From the human T2T-CHM13v2.0 reference genome, Homo sapiens, in NCBI RefSeq assembly GCF_009914755.1, contig NC_060934.1: 64,000 nucleotides of DNA; one strand, given 5' to 3'. A program made the position numbers and the translations under genes. Below, one piece after another: positions 30,353 to 42,712 of this stretch (position 1 is its first letter; the number at the start of each line of letters is the position of its first letter). The notes below the pieces were generated by a model. The model saw nothing but the letters and a program-made list of their open reading frames with translations. It did no database searches and was not told where the DNA came from.

Positions 30353-31486
30353 TAACCAAAACTCACCACTGTCACTTACTCCATGCCCACTCTGCTCCAG
30401 GTAATGTCCTGGATGCTTTCCTTTGGGACTCAGACTCTGCAGCTTGAATCCTGCACTTGTGCTTTACACATTGTGGGGGCCTGGAAAGTTCCATACCCTT
30501 TGTTCTCCAGGGTCCTCATCTGCCAAGTGAAAATACTAAGCACATCTATCTCACAGGAAAAAGTATTCAGGACAGAGTCTCGCACAGAGTGAGCATTCAG
30601 TAAGTTCTACCTAACTAATAGTCTACTGTTAGTAGATAATCCCATTACTATTAGTAGTAATCCCATGATGAGAGGTCAAGGAACTCATTAATGTCCAAAT
30701 GGCTGCATAAACCCAGGACTAACTCACTCCAAAGCCCTTGCATAACCACTCTGCCCGCTGCCTCCGCTCATCAGTGTAACTGTGGAGGTGGGTGGCCCGA
30801 GTGTGAGGCCTGGCTCTGCACTGACTTGTTCTGTGCTTACTATCCTGGCCTCAGTTTTCTCAATGGTAACATAAGACATAAGATCATAGCAATGTGTGCC
30901 TCTGGATTGTTATCTAGGGTTAAGTGGGGTAATGAACGTGAAGTATTCATTACACAGGGTCTGACATACAACAGGCACTCCATAATTGTTAGCTAGGAAG
31001 CTGTTCAATTGCATTTATTAAGGTGTTTGCTCAGGCTGAAACCCAGGGTTCTGTTAATGGGCACTGCCATTTTCATACTGTTCTAATAGTGAGGGACGGA
31101 GGTGGGAAGACAAGTCAAAGAGGTGACTGGGTCACTAAGTGCCTGACATGGTGGCACTGACCATTTTCTCATAGTTAGATTTTTTCATCATCTCTCTTTC
31201 AGGAAAGTAGTATTTATCCTATTTTCAGATGATACCTTCTAAGGGGATATATCAGTCCCTAGGAGGTGAACAACGAATAGACAGGGGAAAGTCCTCCTCA
31301 GGGTCATCTGTCTGGGAGTTTAGGAGATAGCCCTGTTCTCCTGTTTCCCAAGGCAGAGTCTGTGACCTGATACCACTAAGCACTCACTTCTCTTAGAAGT
31401 GCAGCTGCTTCTGGAATTTAGTCTCCCAGCAGGAGAAATAAGAGTAAATAAATGTCCAGTGGAATCCACAGCAGACCCACCCTCAC

Positions 31487-31583
31487 CTTCAGTTTTATTG
31501 TTTTGCTCCAAACATAACTCTGCTGCTTCCACTGCTCTGGGGCTGGTAAAAATGAGTCCCCCGTAATCTTCAGGATGAGAAAG
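31487..31583 (-). CDS. UROS: UROS exon 4
   Basis: [32 protein letters not shown], with the HemD FTSP motif; Cys73 codon TGT intact (31514-31512); 97 nt. Confidence 0.98.
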
Positions 31584-32593
31584 CTGCACACCAAAAAGCA
31601 ATAAAGACATTTTATACGATGGCTATGTTCAACATCTTCCAAGGAGCTAAGACTCAGAATTCCAAATGCTTCACAATAGTAGTAGGCAAACTAATTCCTT
31701 CCACCCATCCCCCCAACACTTACTGAGTGCTTACTATGTGCCTGGAACTATTTATTCTAGGACTTTTAGGGTACACAGGTGAATTCCTTATTCCCAGTAT
31801 TTCCCTCAGGAAGCTCACAGTCTAGGGCAGAGACAGTGAAACACAGGGTGATAAGTGCACTGCAGCACAGAGGGGAAGCCTGACGCAGCCTGGGATTAGA
31901 GTGGGGTGCAGGTAGTGGGGGAAGACTTGACCCGAATCTGTAATAAAAATGGGAATATTCAGGGGGTGATATCAATGCTGAAGTCCTGATTTTCAAAGAG
32001 GATAATGGTGATATCATCTACCGAACATTTACTCTGAGCCAGGCACTAGGCTGCTGTACATATCTGACTTCACTGAAGCTGTGGGCACTGAATTTTCACT
32101 CTGAAGCATTTGGAAGGCTTTACTGGACTTGTCTCCTGCAATTTTTATCACTCCTCACTGGAAGAAGAACTGAAGTTGTGGGCAGAAGCCCTGGGTTTGA
32201 GTCCCAGCCCTGTCTCTTACTTGCTAGAGGTCTTAGCTGAGTTGCCTAATTTGAGACCCCAATCTCTAAAACGGGAAAATAATACCTCCCTGGCCTGCTT
32301 TGCAGAAGTTGGGGGTGAGGGGTAGATTAAATGAGAGGATGAGTGAAAGGGTTCTAGGACTGCTGAGAGCAATGCAGGTTTGCTGCTCTCACCATGACCT
32401 GCTCTCCTGGGCCCCAATCTCTGAGTCTGGGTGGCTTTCTGGAGGGGCTGATAGAGGCTCAGTCAGAACCTCCCAACAGCAGCAGCCTCCTGGAGCCAGG
32501 TGAAGTTATGCTGCCATGTTTTAAAGTTTGGGAATAAAATAAGGAGACAGTAAAATAGTCCCTCTCTGGCTTCAGCTGGCAAGGGAGAAATCA

Positions 32594-32743
<150 letters not shown>

Positions 32744-32889
32744 CTAGGGCTGTTTTTAAAATAAGGGAACATTAACAATTTATTCTGCGTCAGTTCCTCT
32801 GAGGTTTTGCAAAACCCATCCCTGCCTGCTCCAGGCCCCTTGACTCAGTAGAAAGGACACTGTGGGATAAGGAGTCTCAGGCCACTTAC

Positions 32890-32952
32890 CCTGATATACG
32901 GATCCTGGCCACAGTCATCTTCCTTCGCATCCTTCAGTAAAAGAACCTTCAT
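32890..32952 (-). CDS. UROS: UROS exon 2, coding part (start codon)
   Basis: ATG at 32952; [21 protein letters not shown]; exon begins at 32978 after an AG acceptor; GTAAGT donor. Confidence 0.98.
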
Positions 32953-33084
32953 TATTGCCTGGCAGTCCTTATAGGGCACTGCGACAGAGCAAGGAAACAG
33001 ATCTTAATTAGATCTCAAAGACTCTTCCTAAGCAATTTCCGATGGGGACGGTACACAAGAAGAAGGCAATCAAATGCTTGTGGA

Positions 33085-33195
33085 AGAGACCTATCCCTCC
33101 TACACCATGACTTAGCACTAATGGGCTTGTTCTTTCTGAAGACCCCTGTCACTGATAAGGCCAAGAAAGAGCATGTTAGCAGTTGATATCACTTG
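33085..33195 (-). promoter_or_regulatory. UROS: UROS erythroid-specific promoter (GATA1 sites)
   Basis: TGATAA at 33153-33158 and TGATATCA at 33184-33191, just upstream of exon 2; matches the known intron-1 erythroid promoter. Confidence 0.85.
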
Positions 33196-33672
33196 GAAAG
33201 ACAGATGAAACCATTAGTGAAAGCCAAGTGTCCTATGCCAAACGTTTATGGTTCCGGAAAGAGAACTGATGTAAATTTAGGGTTGTATCAACAACAAACA
33301 GAGAAATTGATATCTTATGTTTTAAGGAGATAAATAGCTTTTCCATTTCAAGATAAATATGCTAAGTAGCTCATAAGCACTTTGGGAAATAATTATATTG
33401 ACTCTTCTACTTATTAAATGATGTTTTCTAAACGTCAAGTATCATAAGAGAGTCTAACAACATGGAAAACGATTTGTTGACATCAAAAGCTTTATATACT
33501 TCATCTTCTTTCTTCCTGTAATTTCACTTCTAAGAATACTAAAGCAATACTGATAAATGTGTCCAAAGATTAACATAAAGATGCTCACACTAGAATTCTT
33601 TTGGGTCTCGTTGGGTCATATTAGGGAATGTGGCTCTTATCTTAATAGCAACGGGAAGCTTCTTGTTTATAG

Positions 33673-33677
<5 letters not shown>

Positions 33678-33708
<31 letters not shown>

Positions 33709-33822
33709 GGCAGGGTTTCACCATGTTGCCCAGGCTAGTCTCGAACTCCTGAGCTCAGGTGATCTACCTGCCTCGGCCTCCCAAAATGCTGGGATTACAG
33801 GAGTGAGCCACTGCACCCAGCC
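33678..33822 (-). mobile_element. Alu left monomer
   Basis: Poly-T plus a single monomer; TSD ttatagatgtattt. Confidence 0.88.
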
Positions 33823-34656
33823 TTATAGATGTATTTCTCCTCTCTTTTCCTCATTTCTGCTTGCCCTTTTACCTTCTCCCTTCTCTAAGGTGATAATATA
33901 AGGAAGGAAGTATGGTGTCACAGAATAAGCACAGGACTAAGGGCCAACGGACCTGAGCTCTGGTCTCAGCTTTATGACTTAACCATGGTGTGATCTTGTT
34001 TTTTCCCATGTTAAATGGGAATAACCTCTGCCCTACCAAGCCTTAGGGTTGCTGAGTGACTCAAAGAAGATAAAAACAGCGAACAGATCTATTGAACACT
34101 TACTGCCTCCCAGGCACTATTCTAAGAGCTTCACATGCATTAAGTCCACCTACGAGGCTTAGGAAGAAGCTGAGGTGTACAGAGGATGACACTCATCCAA
34201 AGTCTCAGAATTGCTACGTGGCAGAGCTGGGATTCACACCCAACCAGTCTGGCTCCAAAGTCTGTGCTTTTAACCCCCTACGCTATATTATGCCTCACAT
34301 ACACTTTGAATACGAAAATGTTTGGGAAAAATAGAGGTATAAAAATATAAAGTATCACTGTAGTACAAAGTGCTTAGTTTAGTTATGCAAACACCCCAAA
34401 GAAAAATCAATCTACCCATTGTAAACAGAGAAAATATTTCTCCTGGGTTCTAATCTGTGGTTCTCTTAGGTAATAAAACCGATGCTGGCATGAAGTTTAG
34501 GCTTCTGGATAATAAAGAGCTCCCTGAGATGTGTTGCAAATAAAAATCCAACTACTACCCTTATCCTTTATCTGACGTCACTGAAAGCATTTGTCTTCTT
34601 TTTTAATCCTGTATACAATCATTCCCAAACACTGAAAGCATTTCTAATATAAAATT

Positions 34657-34978
34657 AGGCCAGGACAGTGGTTCATGCCTGGTAATCTCAGCACTTTGGC
34701 AGGCTGAGGCAGGAGGATTGCTTGAGAGCAGGAGTCCAAGATCAGCCTGGACAACATAGCGAGACCCCATTTCTACAAAAATTTTAAAAGTTGTTAACAA
34801 GGAGCCGGGCATAGTGGCGCATCCCTGTAGTCCTAACTACGCAGGAGGCTGAGGTGGGAGAATCACTTGAGCCCAGGAGTTCAAGGTTGCTGTGGGCTAT
34901 AATCGTGCCACTGCACTCCAGCCTGGGTGACAGAGAAGGATCTTGTCTAAATAATAATAATAATAATAATAATAATAT
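34657..34978 (+). mobile_element. AluJ-like element with (TAA)n tail
   Basis: Alu dimer; TSD taatataaaatta. Confidence 0.9.
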
Positions 34979-35349
34979 AAAATTAAAAGGTTCTGTTGTT
35001 GATGATTCTTTGCTGTGCTAGAGTCACATATTATCAGGCTGATTGGGAAAGAAATCAATTGAGAAGCGTGCACAGATAGGTTAACATGTCGCCACCTTGG
35101 GCTTTAGGAAGAGGCTTGGTGGAGTAGAGGGTGTTTGCACAGGAGGGCCAGTGTCTGGGTTCTGGTCTAGGCTGCTCTTGCCTCAGTCTCAGTTTCAGAT
35201 TCCTGTACATTGGAAAGGGGCTGTGAGCCTCTCCATTGTTGGCTTTTTTGATGGACTTTCTTTCCTGTAGTAGATGCTCATTATTTGCTCACCTTGTGGG
35301 AAAACAACAATTTCAATTTTACCCAGCATCTTTGAAACAGAAAGAATGA

Positions 35350-35741
<392 letters not shown>

Positions 35742-36199
35742 TAAAGTTTTTTAAAATAAACTTCCACTCCTGCTCTGAAGCTTGCCTCGGTCACTTTTTC
35801 TGCCTTATGCCCCCAGTTGAATTTTCTTCTGAGGAGACAAGATTGAGGTTGCTGCAGGTGTCTACTGATTTGCCACTGGTAACATATTTGGTGCCACGTG
35901 ACTCAGATGGTAAGGGATCTCTATGCCTCGCTTTCTTCTGCTGGAGGCATCTGATCCCTGTGCAGTTTTTCTTCTCCTCCCTCTCTCCTGCTTACTAAAC
36001 AACCCCCAGAACAATTCCTCTTGGCCATACGTGACTCTGCTCTCTGCCAGTTGATTTCTTAGCTCACTCTGGTGGGTGGCTCATGGGAGTGGGAAGGACC
36101 CTAGGGTCTGCATCAAGCAGATCAGAGGCACTATATGGCCCTCCTTGATAGGAGGCTTGAGACTGGTGAGGCTAGGGCCTAAAAACCGTGCAGTGTCTG

Positions 36200-36282
36200 G
36201 GGTTTCCTCTGCCTTTTTTTCCAATGAAAATAACGAAACCTGTTATTTCCCATTGAGGGGGAAAAAGGCGGGAGAAGCCCCA
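36200..36282 (+). ncRNA. MIR4484: MIR4484 precursor hairpin (mature ~36263-36282, AAAAGGCGGGAGAAGCCCCA)
   Basis: 5' arm ggggtttcctctgcctttttttcc pairs with ggaaaaaggcgggagaagcccc; the mature sequence is recalled as miR-4484. Confidence 0.8.
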
Positions 36283-36426
36283 GCAGAAATGAAGCTGCTC
36301 CTGAAGCTTCCAACATGAAACTCACCTCGGCACTGGTAAAAAGAGGGCTCAACCTGTCTCTAGATTTACAGTCTAATGCTTGCTCTGCCATTTTACCCTC
36401 ATACTTATGTTCATCAATCATTGATG
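36257..36426 (+). pseudogene. NUMT: mtDNA OL 3' half, decayed tRNA-Cys and tRNA-Tyr, first codons of COX1
   Basis: Collinear with recalled mtDNA: AAAAAGGCGGGAGAAGCCCC, GAAGCTGCT, TCACCTCGG, CTGGTAAAAAGAGG, TAGATTTACAGTC, GCCATTTTACC, then ATGTTC at 36407. Confidence 0.9.
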
Positions 36427-36584
36427 AAAAAGAAAAGAAAAAAAAAAATGACTGGAATAAGGGCACCTTACTGGTAAGAAAGAACCAAACCTCAAACCCG
36501 TACCTTCTATGTCATGGTGTTCTGGGTATCAGCAATAACAACAGTCACCCTTTTACTGAGCATTTACTCATGTTAATTACTGGG

Positions 36585-37077
36585 TGTATTAGAGTTCTTC
36601 AGAGAAACAGAACCAATGGCATATATTTACATCTAGAAAGGGATTTGTTATAAGGTATTAGCTCATGCAGTTATGGAGGCTGAGAAGTCCCATGATCTGC
36701 TGTCTGCAAGCTGGAGACTTGTTAGCAGGAAGGCTGGTGTTGTAGCCTGAAGGCCTGAGAGCCAAGGGTGTAGGTTCCAGCCTGAGTGTGAAGGCCTCAG
36801 CACCAGGAGCACCAAGGGCAGAAGATATCCCAGATCAAGCATGCAGGAGGAGACAGGACACATTCTTCCTTCTTTGGCTTTTTGTTCTATTTAGGCCCTC
36901 AACAGACTGGATGCTGCCCACCTACTTTGGGGAGGGCAATCCACTTTACTCAGTCTATCCATTCAAATGCTCATCTTTTCTGAAAACAACTTCACAGACA
37001 CACCAAGAAATAATGTCTAACCAGATATCTGGGCATCCGTGATCCAGTCAAGATGACATGTAAAAGTAACTATCACA
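36585..37077 (-). mobile_element. ERVL LTR (MLT2 family) inserted in a MIR
   Basis: TG...CA ends, 5-bp TSD CTGGG (36580-36584 and 37078-37082), cagagaaacagaaccaat motif. Confidence 0.85.
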
Positions 37078-37544
37078 CTGGGCTAAGCATTTTACATGCA
37101 AGACTGCAATCCTCACTTAAACCTGCAAGGTAGGTGGTGTTAGCCTTATTTGCAGGAGGTGAAACCAAGTCCCTGGGAGGTTTGAGTAACTTGTCCCAGG
37201 TCACACAGCACAGTAAGTGGGAGAGATGGAATTTGGATCCTGGTCTGAAGCCCATGCTCAGTCTCCTAACCACTTGCTACCATCCCTCTGCCTCATTAAG
37301 ATAAATTCTGAGCTAAAGATGAACACTGAACGAGTGGTAAGCAATCTACTACCTGCTGAGTTCAGTTCCCTAGGGTCAGTACTGTATTTACTTTCACATT
37401 CACTATTCTAATTCACACTTTGACCATGAGCTCAACACTGGGAACTAATCTGAGGGCATAAAGTAAGGCTTTTTCCCCTACTTGTCTTACAAAAGTGATC
37501 CTGTTTACTGTGAAAGATTTGCAAACTACAAAAAAGTATAGTTC

Positions 37545-38110
37545 CTCAAAAAAATAAACATAGAATTACCATATGATCTAGCAATTCCCCTGCTACATAT
37601 ATACCCCAAAGAATTGAAAGCAGGGACTCGAACAGATATTTGATACTCATGTTCATAGCAACATTATTTACAACAGCTAAAATGTAGAAGTAACCAAAAT
37701 GTTTACCGACAGATAAGTAGATAAACAAAATGTGGTCTATACATGCAATGGAGTATTATTCAGCCTTAACAAGGAAGGAAATCCTAATGCATGCTACAGC
37801 ATGGGATAAACTTTGAAGACATCATGCTGAATGAAATAGTCACAAAAGGAAGAATATTGTGTTACTCCACTTACATGAGGTTTCTAGAATAGTCAAATTA
37901 ATAAAGATGGAAAGTAGAAAGGTCATGGAGGGAAAATAAGGGAGTTGTTTAACTACAGTTTCAATTTTGCTAGATGAAAAGAGTTCTGCCAATGGATAGT
38001 GGTGGTGATGGTTGCACAATGTGAATGCACTTCATGCCACTGAACTGTATCTTTAAAAATAGTTAAGATGGTAAAATGTATGTTATGTATCTTTTACCAC
38101 CATAAAAAAA
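37545..38110 (+). mobile_element. L1 3' end (L1MB-like)
   Basis: catagaattaccatatgatctagcaattcc...gatggttgcacaatgtgaatg...ttttaccac plus A-rich tail. Confidence 0.85.
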
Positions 38111-38780
38111 GTATAAAGAAACAGGAAAAAAAATTGGCTATGGTATCTCAGTGCAACTCTGTTGATATGTTCACATGGTCTTTCTGAGTCTTTTTTCTAA
38201 TCTTAGCCTTTTGATGGGTCTTTTTTGACAGCTTCCTCTCTTCTCCATTACAGGAACATGTTTTTGCAGTTGTGCGACCCAAAGAGGCCATTTCAAGCTG
38301 CCCCATCAGATGTGGAGCGCTGATGTGTAAGTATTACTTTAATATCCATGACATGGCTGGGTAGACAAGAGACTCCCAGGAAAGACCGAAATCACAGAAC
38401 ACGATTATGGGCAATCTGGGCTCCTGGGGACCTTTAGGGCACGCCATCTCGTACTGATGAAGGATCACTGATTTATCAGATGTTACCCTGCTTAAACAGA
38501 AGCAGCCTATTAGCGCAGCTCACACCATTCCTAGAATCAAACATATCCAACCCACCCCCCTCATTTTACAGAGAAAAATCAATTGAGAACCGCAGATCTT
38601 ATTCCTAGAAAGCTGATGAACCCTGTTTCTCTCGCAATGGGAAGACCTGGCTGCCCCAGGCTGCATCCCCACCTGCCACAGGGGCTGGCGCTCGCTCTGC
38701 AGTTGGCCGCAGTCCCCTCCACTCTTCTCTCCAAATAGGCTCGGGTCTTTAACCTAGACTACCCCACTGGCCCCGAAGCA

Positions 38781-39218
38781 TTTTTTTTTTTTTTTAGATA
38801 GGGTCTACCTCTGTCGCCCAGGCTGGAGTGTGGAGTGCGGTGGCGCGATCTCGGCTCACTGCAACCTCCGTCTCCTGGGGGCATGCGATTCTCCTGCCTT
38901 AGCCTCCTGAGTAGCTGGGACTACAGGCGCGCACCACCACACCTGGCTAGTTTTTGTATTTTTAGTAGAGATGGGATTTCGCCATGCTGGGCAGGCTGGT
39001 CTCGAACTCCTGACCTCAAGTGATCCACCCATCTCGGCCTCCCAAAGTGCTGGGATTACAGGTGTCCGCCACCACGCCCGGCTAATTTTTGTACTTTTAG
39101 CAGAGATGAGGTTTTGCCATGTTGGCCAGGCTGGTCTCGAACTCCTGACCTCTGGTGATCCACCCGCTTTGACCTCCCTAAGTGCTGGGATTACAGGCGC
39201 GAGACACCGGGCCCGGCC
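38781..39218 (-). mobile_element. Alu with a duplicated left arm (three monomers)
   Basis: Right arm plus two successive left arms inside one TSD, ccgaagcatttt. Confidence 0.88.
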
Positions 39219-39489
39219 CCCCGCCGAAGCATTTTTAACTGCGGTGCCGGCTTTAAAAAAACTTTTAGGTCAAGAAATGCGCTCCAGAAGCTCGGCGAGG
39301 GTAGGCTGGGCAGGCGCCTTCCGTCACCGGCGCAGCGGTAGCGGCAGCGGACATCCCCGCCTGGGCAGGCCCAGGTCCGCGGAAGCCTCGGGGCCCTGGC
39401 CCCACTGTGTCACACACCGCCCGGGGCCGGGCCCCTGCACGCCCGCGGGCTTCGGCGTCCGTACCGGTACAGCGGGCGGCGACACCTAC

Positions 39490-39730
39490 CTCGCGGGACC
39501 GTGCCCAGCACCCGGCCTGGCACACAGCGGGCACCCGGTCGGGGGGCGGTGTCGCGCAGTCCCAGCGAAAAGGCTGCAGGAGCAATGACAACAGGGGCGG
39601 AAGCCCCCTCCCCACGCAGCCCGAGGGGCCGCGGCGGCCACCCGCGCCGGGCCCCAGGACCCCGCACCTCAGACTGGGGTCGCGTGGGTGGCTGCGCGCA
39701 GCTAGGCGCTCGCGCATGCGCACCGCCATC
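39490..39730 (-). other. UROS: UROS non-coding exon 1 (housekeeping transcript; 5' end approximate)
   Basis: Donor GAG|GTAGGT at 39490/39489 inside the CpG island; consistent with the known gene structure. Confidence 0.8.
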
Positions 39731-40018
39731 CAGGCCACGGAATGAGGCCAGAGGTTAGATGGGTTGAACCACTACGGGAAGGGGAGGGGAAGCTTTGGGA
39801 GGAGTGATGGAGGGTGGAAAGCGGAAGAAAAAAGCAAGATGGGACCGCAAGCTGGACGTGACTGTAAGGGGTCATGGCTGCGGAATCCAGCAGGGGCATT
39901 GGGGTTGACGTGCACTCAGCGCCGAGCTTCTTCGTAGTTCCTCACCCCCTTGGCTACTATGGGCTGGTCCGGAAGGTCAGGCAAGGGGAAGCTGCGCAGG
40001 CGCAGTGTGAGCGGCAAC

Positions 40019-40183
40019 ATGGCGTCCAGGTCTAAGCGGCGTGCCGTGGAAAGTGGGGTTCCGCAGCCGCCGGATCCCCCAGTCCAGCGCGACGAGGAAG
40101 AGGAAAAAGAAGTCGAAAATGAGGATGAAGACGATGATGACAGTGACAAGGAAAAGGATGAAGAGGACGAGGTCATTGACGAG
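40019..40183 (+). CDS. BCCIP: BCCIP exon 1 (acidic N-terminus)
   Basis: MASRSKRRAVESGVPQPPDPPVQRDEEEEKEVENEDEDDDDSDKEKDEEDEVIDE; strong Kozak context; GTGAG donor. Confidence 0.98.
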
Positions 40184-42379
40184 GTGAGAAGGACACGCTC
40201 CCCTAGTTGGTTTATACCTGAGAAAAACTTTTTGGCAAGCCCAGGCTGTGTAAAAATAGTGTAGGGTCTTCCCTGACCCTGAGGGTCTGTGAGGAGAAAC
40301 TGGAGATAAGTTCTTTCTCAGGTTTCTCCTCGGTCTTTAACACACTGCAGCCATAGTAGTTATTTTTTAAAGGTCTAGTCCGGTCCAGTTAATCTCCCAA
40401 CCCGCGTCCTCCCCGAAAAAGCCCGCCACAACAGGTGTGTTCTTCTCGTCCTCTTTAGTTCTCAGGCTGAAGCCTCAGATCCTGAATCGGCCACCCCGGG
40501 CTCGCAGAGGGGGCCCTCTCCCCTCGGGGCAGCAGCTGTCCTCCTCTTCACTCTGCGGGCGGCACTCACTTGGGCCCTCAGTTTCTTGAAGGCTCTTGCC
40601 GCGTTCTACCGTAGAAGCCTTTTCAAATGCTCTTCTTTATCCTGCAGTTTTCCCTTCCTTCTTCAGATCTCAGCTAGGCTGTATTTTCTGGCTCCTGGGG
40701 CAGCTGACCAAGTCGTGGGTAAATCTTTGGTTTCATAGTCTCATAGAACTGTGTTCCTTTCTTCAGACTAGGTCCTACCGTAGTGCCTGGCAATATAGGT
40801 ACTTATTATTTGTTTAGTAAACAATTAGGACTGAATGATCCTTCAGCCTACTGAATGTTTAAATAGATACCTCAGCCTTAACTTGTCCAAAGCAGAATTT
40901 GTATAATAATTCATGCCCCTCTCTTAATCGTCACCATTTCTATAAATGGCCCCTAAAGTCACCAGCTGCTCTAACCCAAAACCTGGGGCTTAACTTTAAT
41001 TCCTCCCTTTCCTCATCCTATATCCAGCCCATCAGTAAATCCTGTTATCCAGACATTTCTCAGCACTAATTCTGAGACCATCGTAGTCCACACCTCTATC
41101 ATCTCTTGCCTGGACTACTATTTAATGTAACAGCTTTTAACCGGCGTTCTTTTCTCCATTTTTGTTCCCCTACAATCAGTCTATACTCCACTTACAGTCA
41201 GAGAGATCTTATAGGTCTGATCTCAGGCCTCTGCTTAGATTGCTGCATTGGCTTTCTAGTTCATTTACAAGAAAATCAAGAGTCTTCACAATTGAGGGAC
41301 GGAAAGGCAGCCTAGATGGCTGGATCAGAATAAGGAAGAGAGAGTGATAGGAAATAAAATCAGAGAGGTAATCATGAGTCATGATGAGCATGGAGGGGAG
41401 CATGGAGAGAAGCATGGATGCAGGATTAGAGGTGACACCATGGTGTGGGTATGTGATCAATCTTCCTTCCCTTACAAATTTTACTTTGGCTCTATGCCTT
41501 GAATGCCATCTCACCATTTTTCACTTAGAACTTTGACTGGCTCTTTTATTACTTTTGGGTTATAGAAATCAATGCTGCTTGTGTTAACATGGGAAATCTA
41601 TCACACCACCACAGTCTTAATTCTAAATCACCTGGGAATGAGGGACAGGGCTCTTTTCTACAAACGTGACTGTTCCTGCTGAAGCCATGTGGAGATGAGC
41701 CCATACCCAGGAAAAGGGTGCTGGACAGATAATCCATTTGCCGCCCATTTCCCTGGTGGTGCCATAATAGTCTGGGACAGAGGTCCGAGATGTCTGTCTA
41801 GACAAAGAAAAAAACACTAGATGAGCATTATTTACAGAATGTATTTATATCTAAGGAATAAGTTTAAGTCCTGAATAATGACAGTTTGTTATTTGGTTTA
41901 GTTTGATCCTGTTTGGAACACTCCCACCCGACCCCTTGTGTTTTGCTGCTCACATAATCTGGCTAAGTTAGCATTTGAAGTCTGCAAAGCTGGACTTAAA
42001 GAGTTCAAATTGGAGCTGGAATTGCTCTAAGCAATTCCAGGGCCTTGCAATTTTACAATTAAGGAAGACTTAAATATATACATAGTCAGGGTGGCAAGGT
42101 AAAAGGAGGTCTGATTTCCTCTGCGATGTTCTTCAGCTAAGACCTAAATTCTGAAACCGTTAAAACCTGAAGTGCCTTTAAATATATTATTTCATCAGAG
42201 CCCCAGGTTCATTGTGTCACTTATCAAGGTCTGATTTAGGGTCCTCAAGGACTAATCTTGTTAGTGTTTAAAAGCAACTAGGTTTTGTTTTTGGCATTTT
42301 AGTTCCATCTTCTAGATTCTGTTGTCTTGCAGATAGAGATCAGGGAGCCCAGCTACACATTCATTCTTCTAGTCCCTTG

Positions 42380-42712
42380 TACTCATTGTATTTCCTTCTG
42401 CCTTAGGGCCTTAGTTTGTGCTGTTCCCTGTACCAGGAACTCTCTTTGCTGTTTCTCGGTTTCTTGCTCAAATGTCACTTCAAGGAAGGCTTTCCTGACT
42501 GACTTCTTATTTTTTAAGTTGTTACAACATTGTGTACCTTTGTTTTATAGCACTTACATTTATTTCTATGAATATTTCCTTAATGCCTATATTCCTTCCT
42601 AAATCGTAAGCTGCACGAGAGCAGGATCATTTGTGTCTGCCTTACTAACCTTTTCATCTTGAGTGCCTGGCACAGTGCTTGGTACCTGGATTGATACTTA
42701 ATAAATATTTGC
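42380..42712 (+). mobile_element. L2 3' end fragment
   Basis: ctcaaatgtcacttc...taagctgcacgagagcagg...agtgcctggcacag...ttaataaatatttg is a typical L2 tail. Other L2-like tracts lie near 40840-41230 and 44500-45100. Confidence 0.6.

Larger units (their letters stand above)
39200..40200. promoter_or_regulatory. CpG island and UROS/BCCIP bidirectional promoter
   Basis: Dense CpG and high GC. NRF1-type sites CGCGCATGCGCA (39711-39722) and TGCGCAGGCGCA (39993-40004), ETS site CCGGAAG (39969-39975), YY1-like AACATGGCG over the BCCIP ATG; no TATA box seen. Confidence 0.92.

Noticed and set aside
32970-32990. CAGTGC in the erythroid UROS leader as an iron-responsive element
   Set aside because: The flanks (tgtcg / cctat) do not form the required 5-bp upper stem.
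36272-36397. Functional tRNA-Cys and tRNA-Tyr genes
   Set aside because: These are NUMT copies with substitutions and deletions (the tRNA-Cys anticodon region is damaged); pseudogenic.
38971-39588. 205-aa ORF (longest in the track)
   Set aside because: The first half is antisense Alu translation and the rest is stop-poor CpG-island sequence; no recognisable domain.
39916-40176. Ser-rich antisense ORF
   Set aside because: Mirror of the acidic GAA/GAT codons of BCCIP exon 1.
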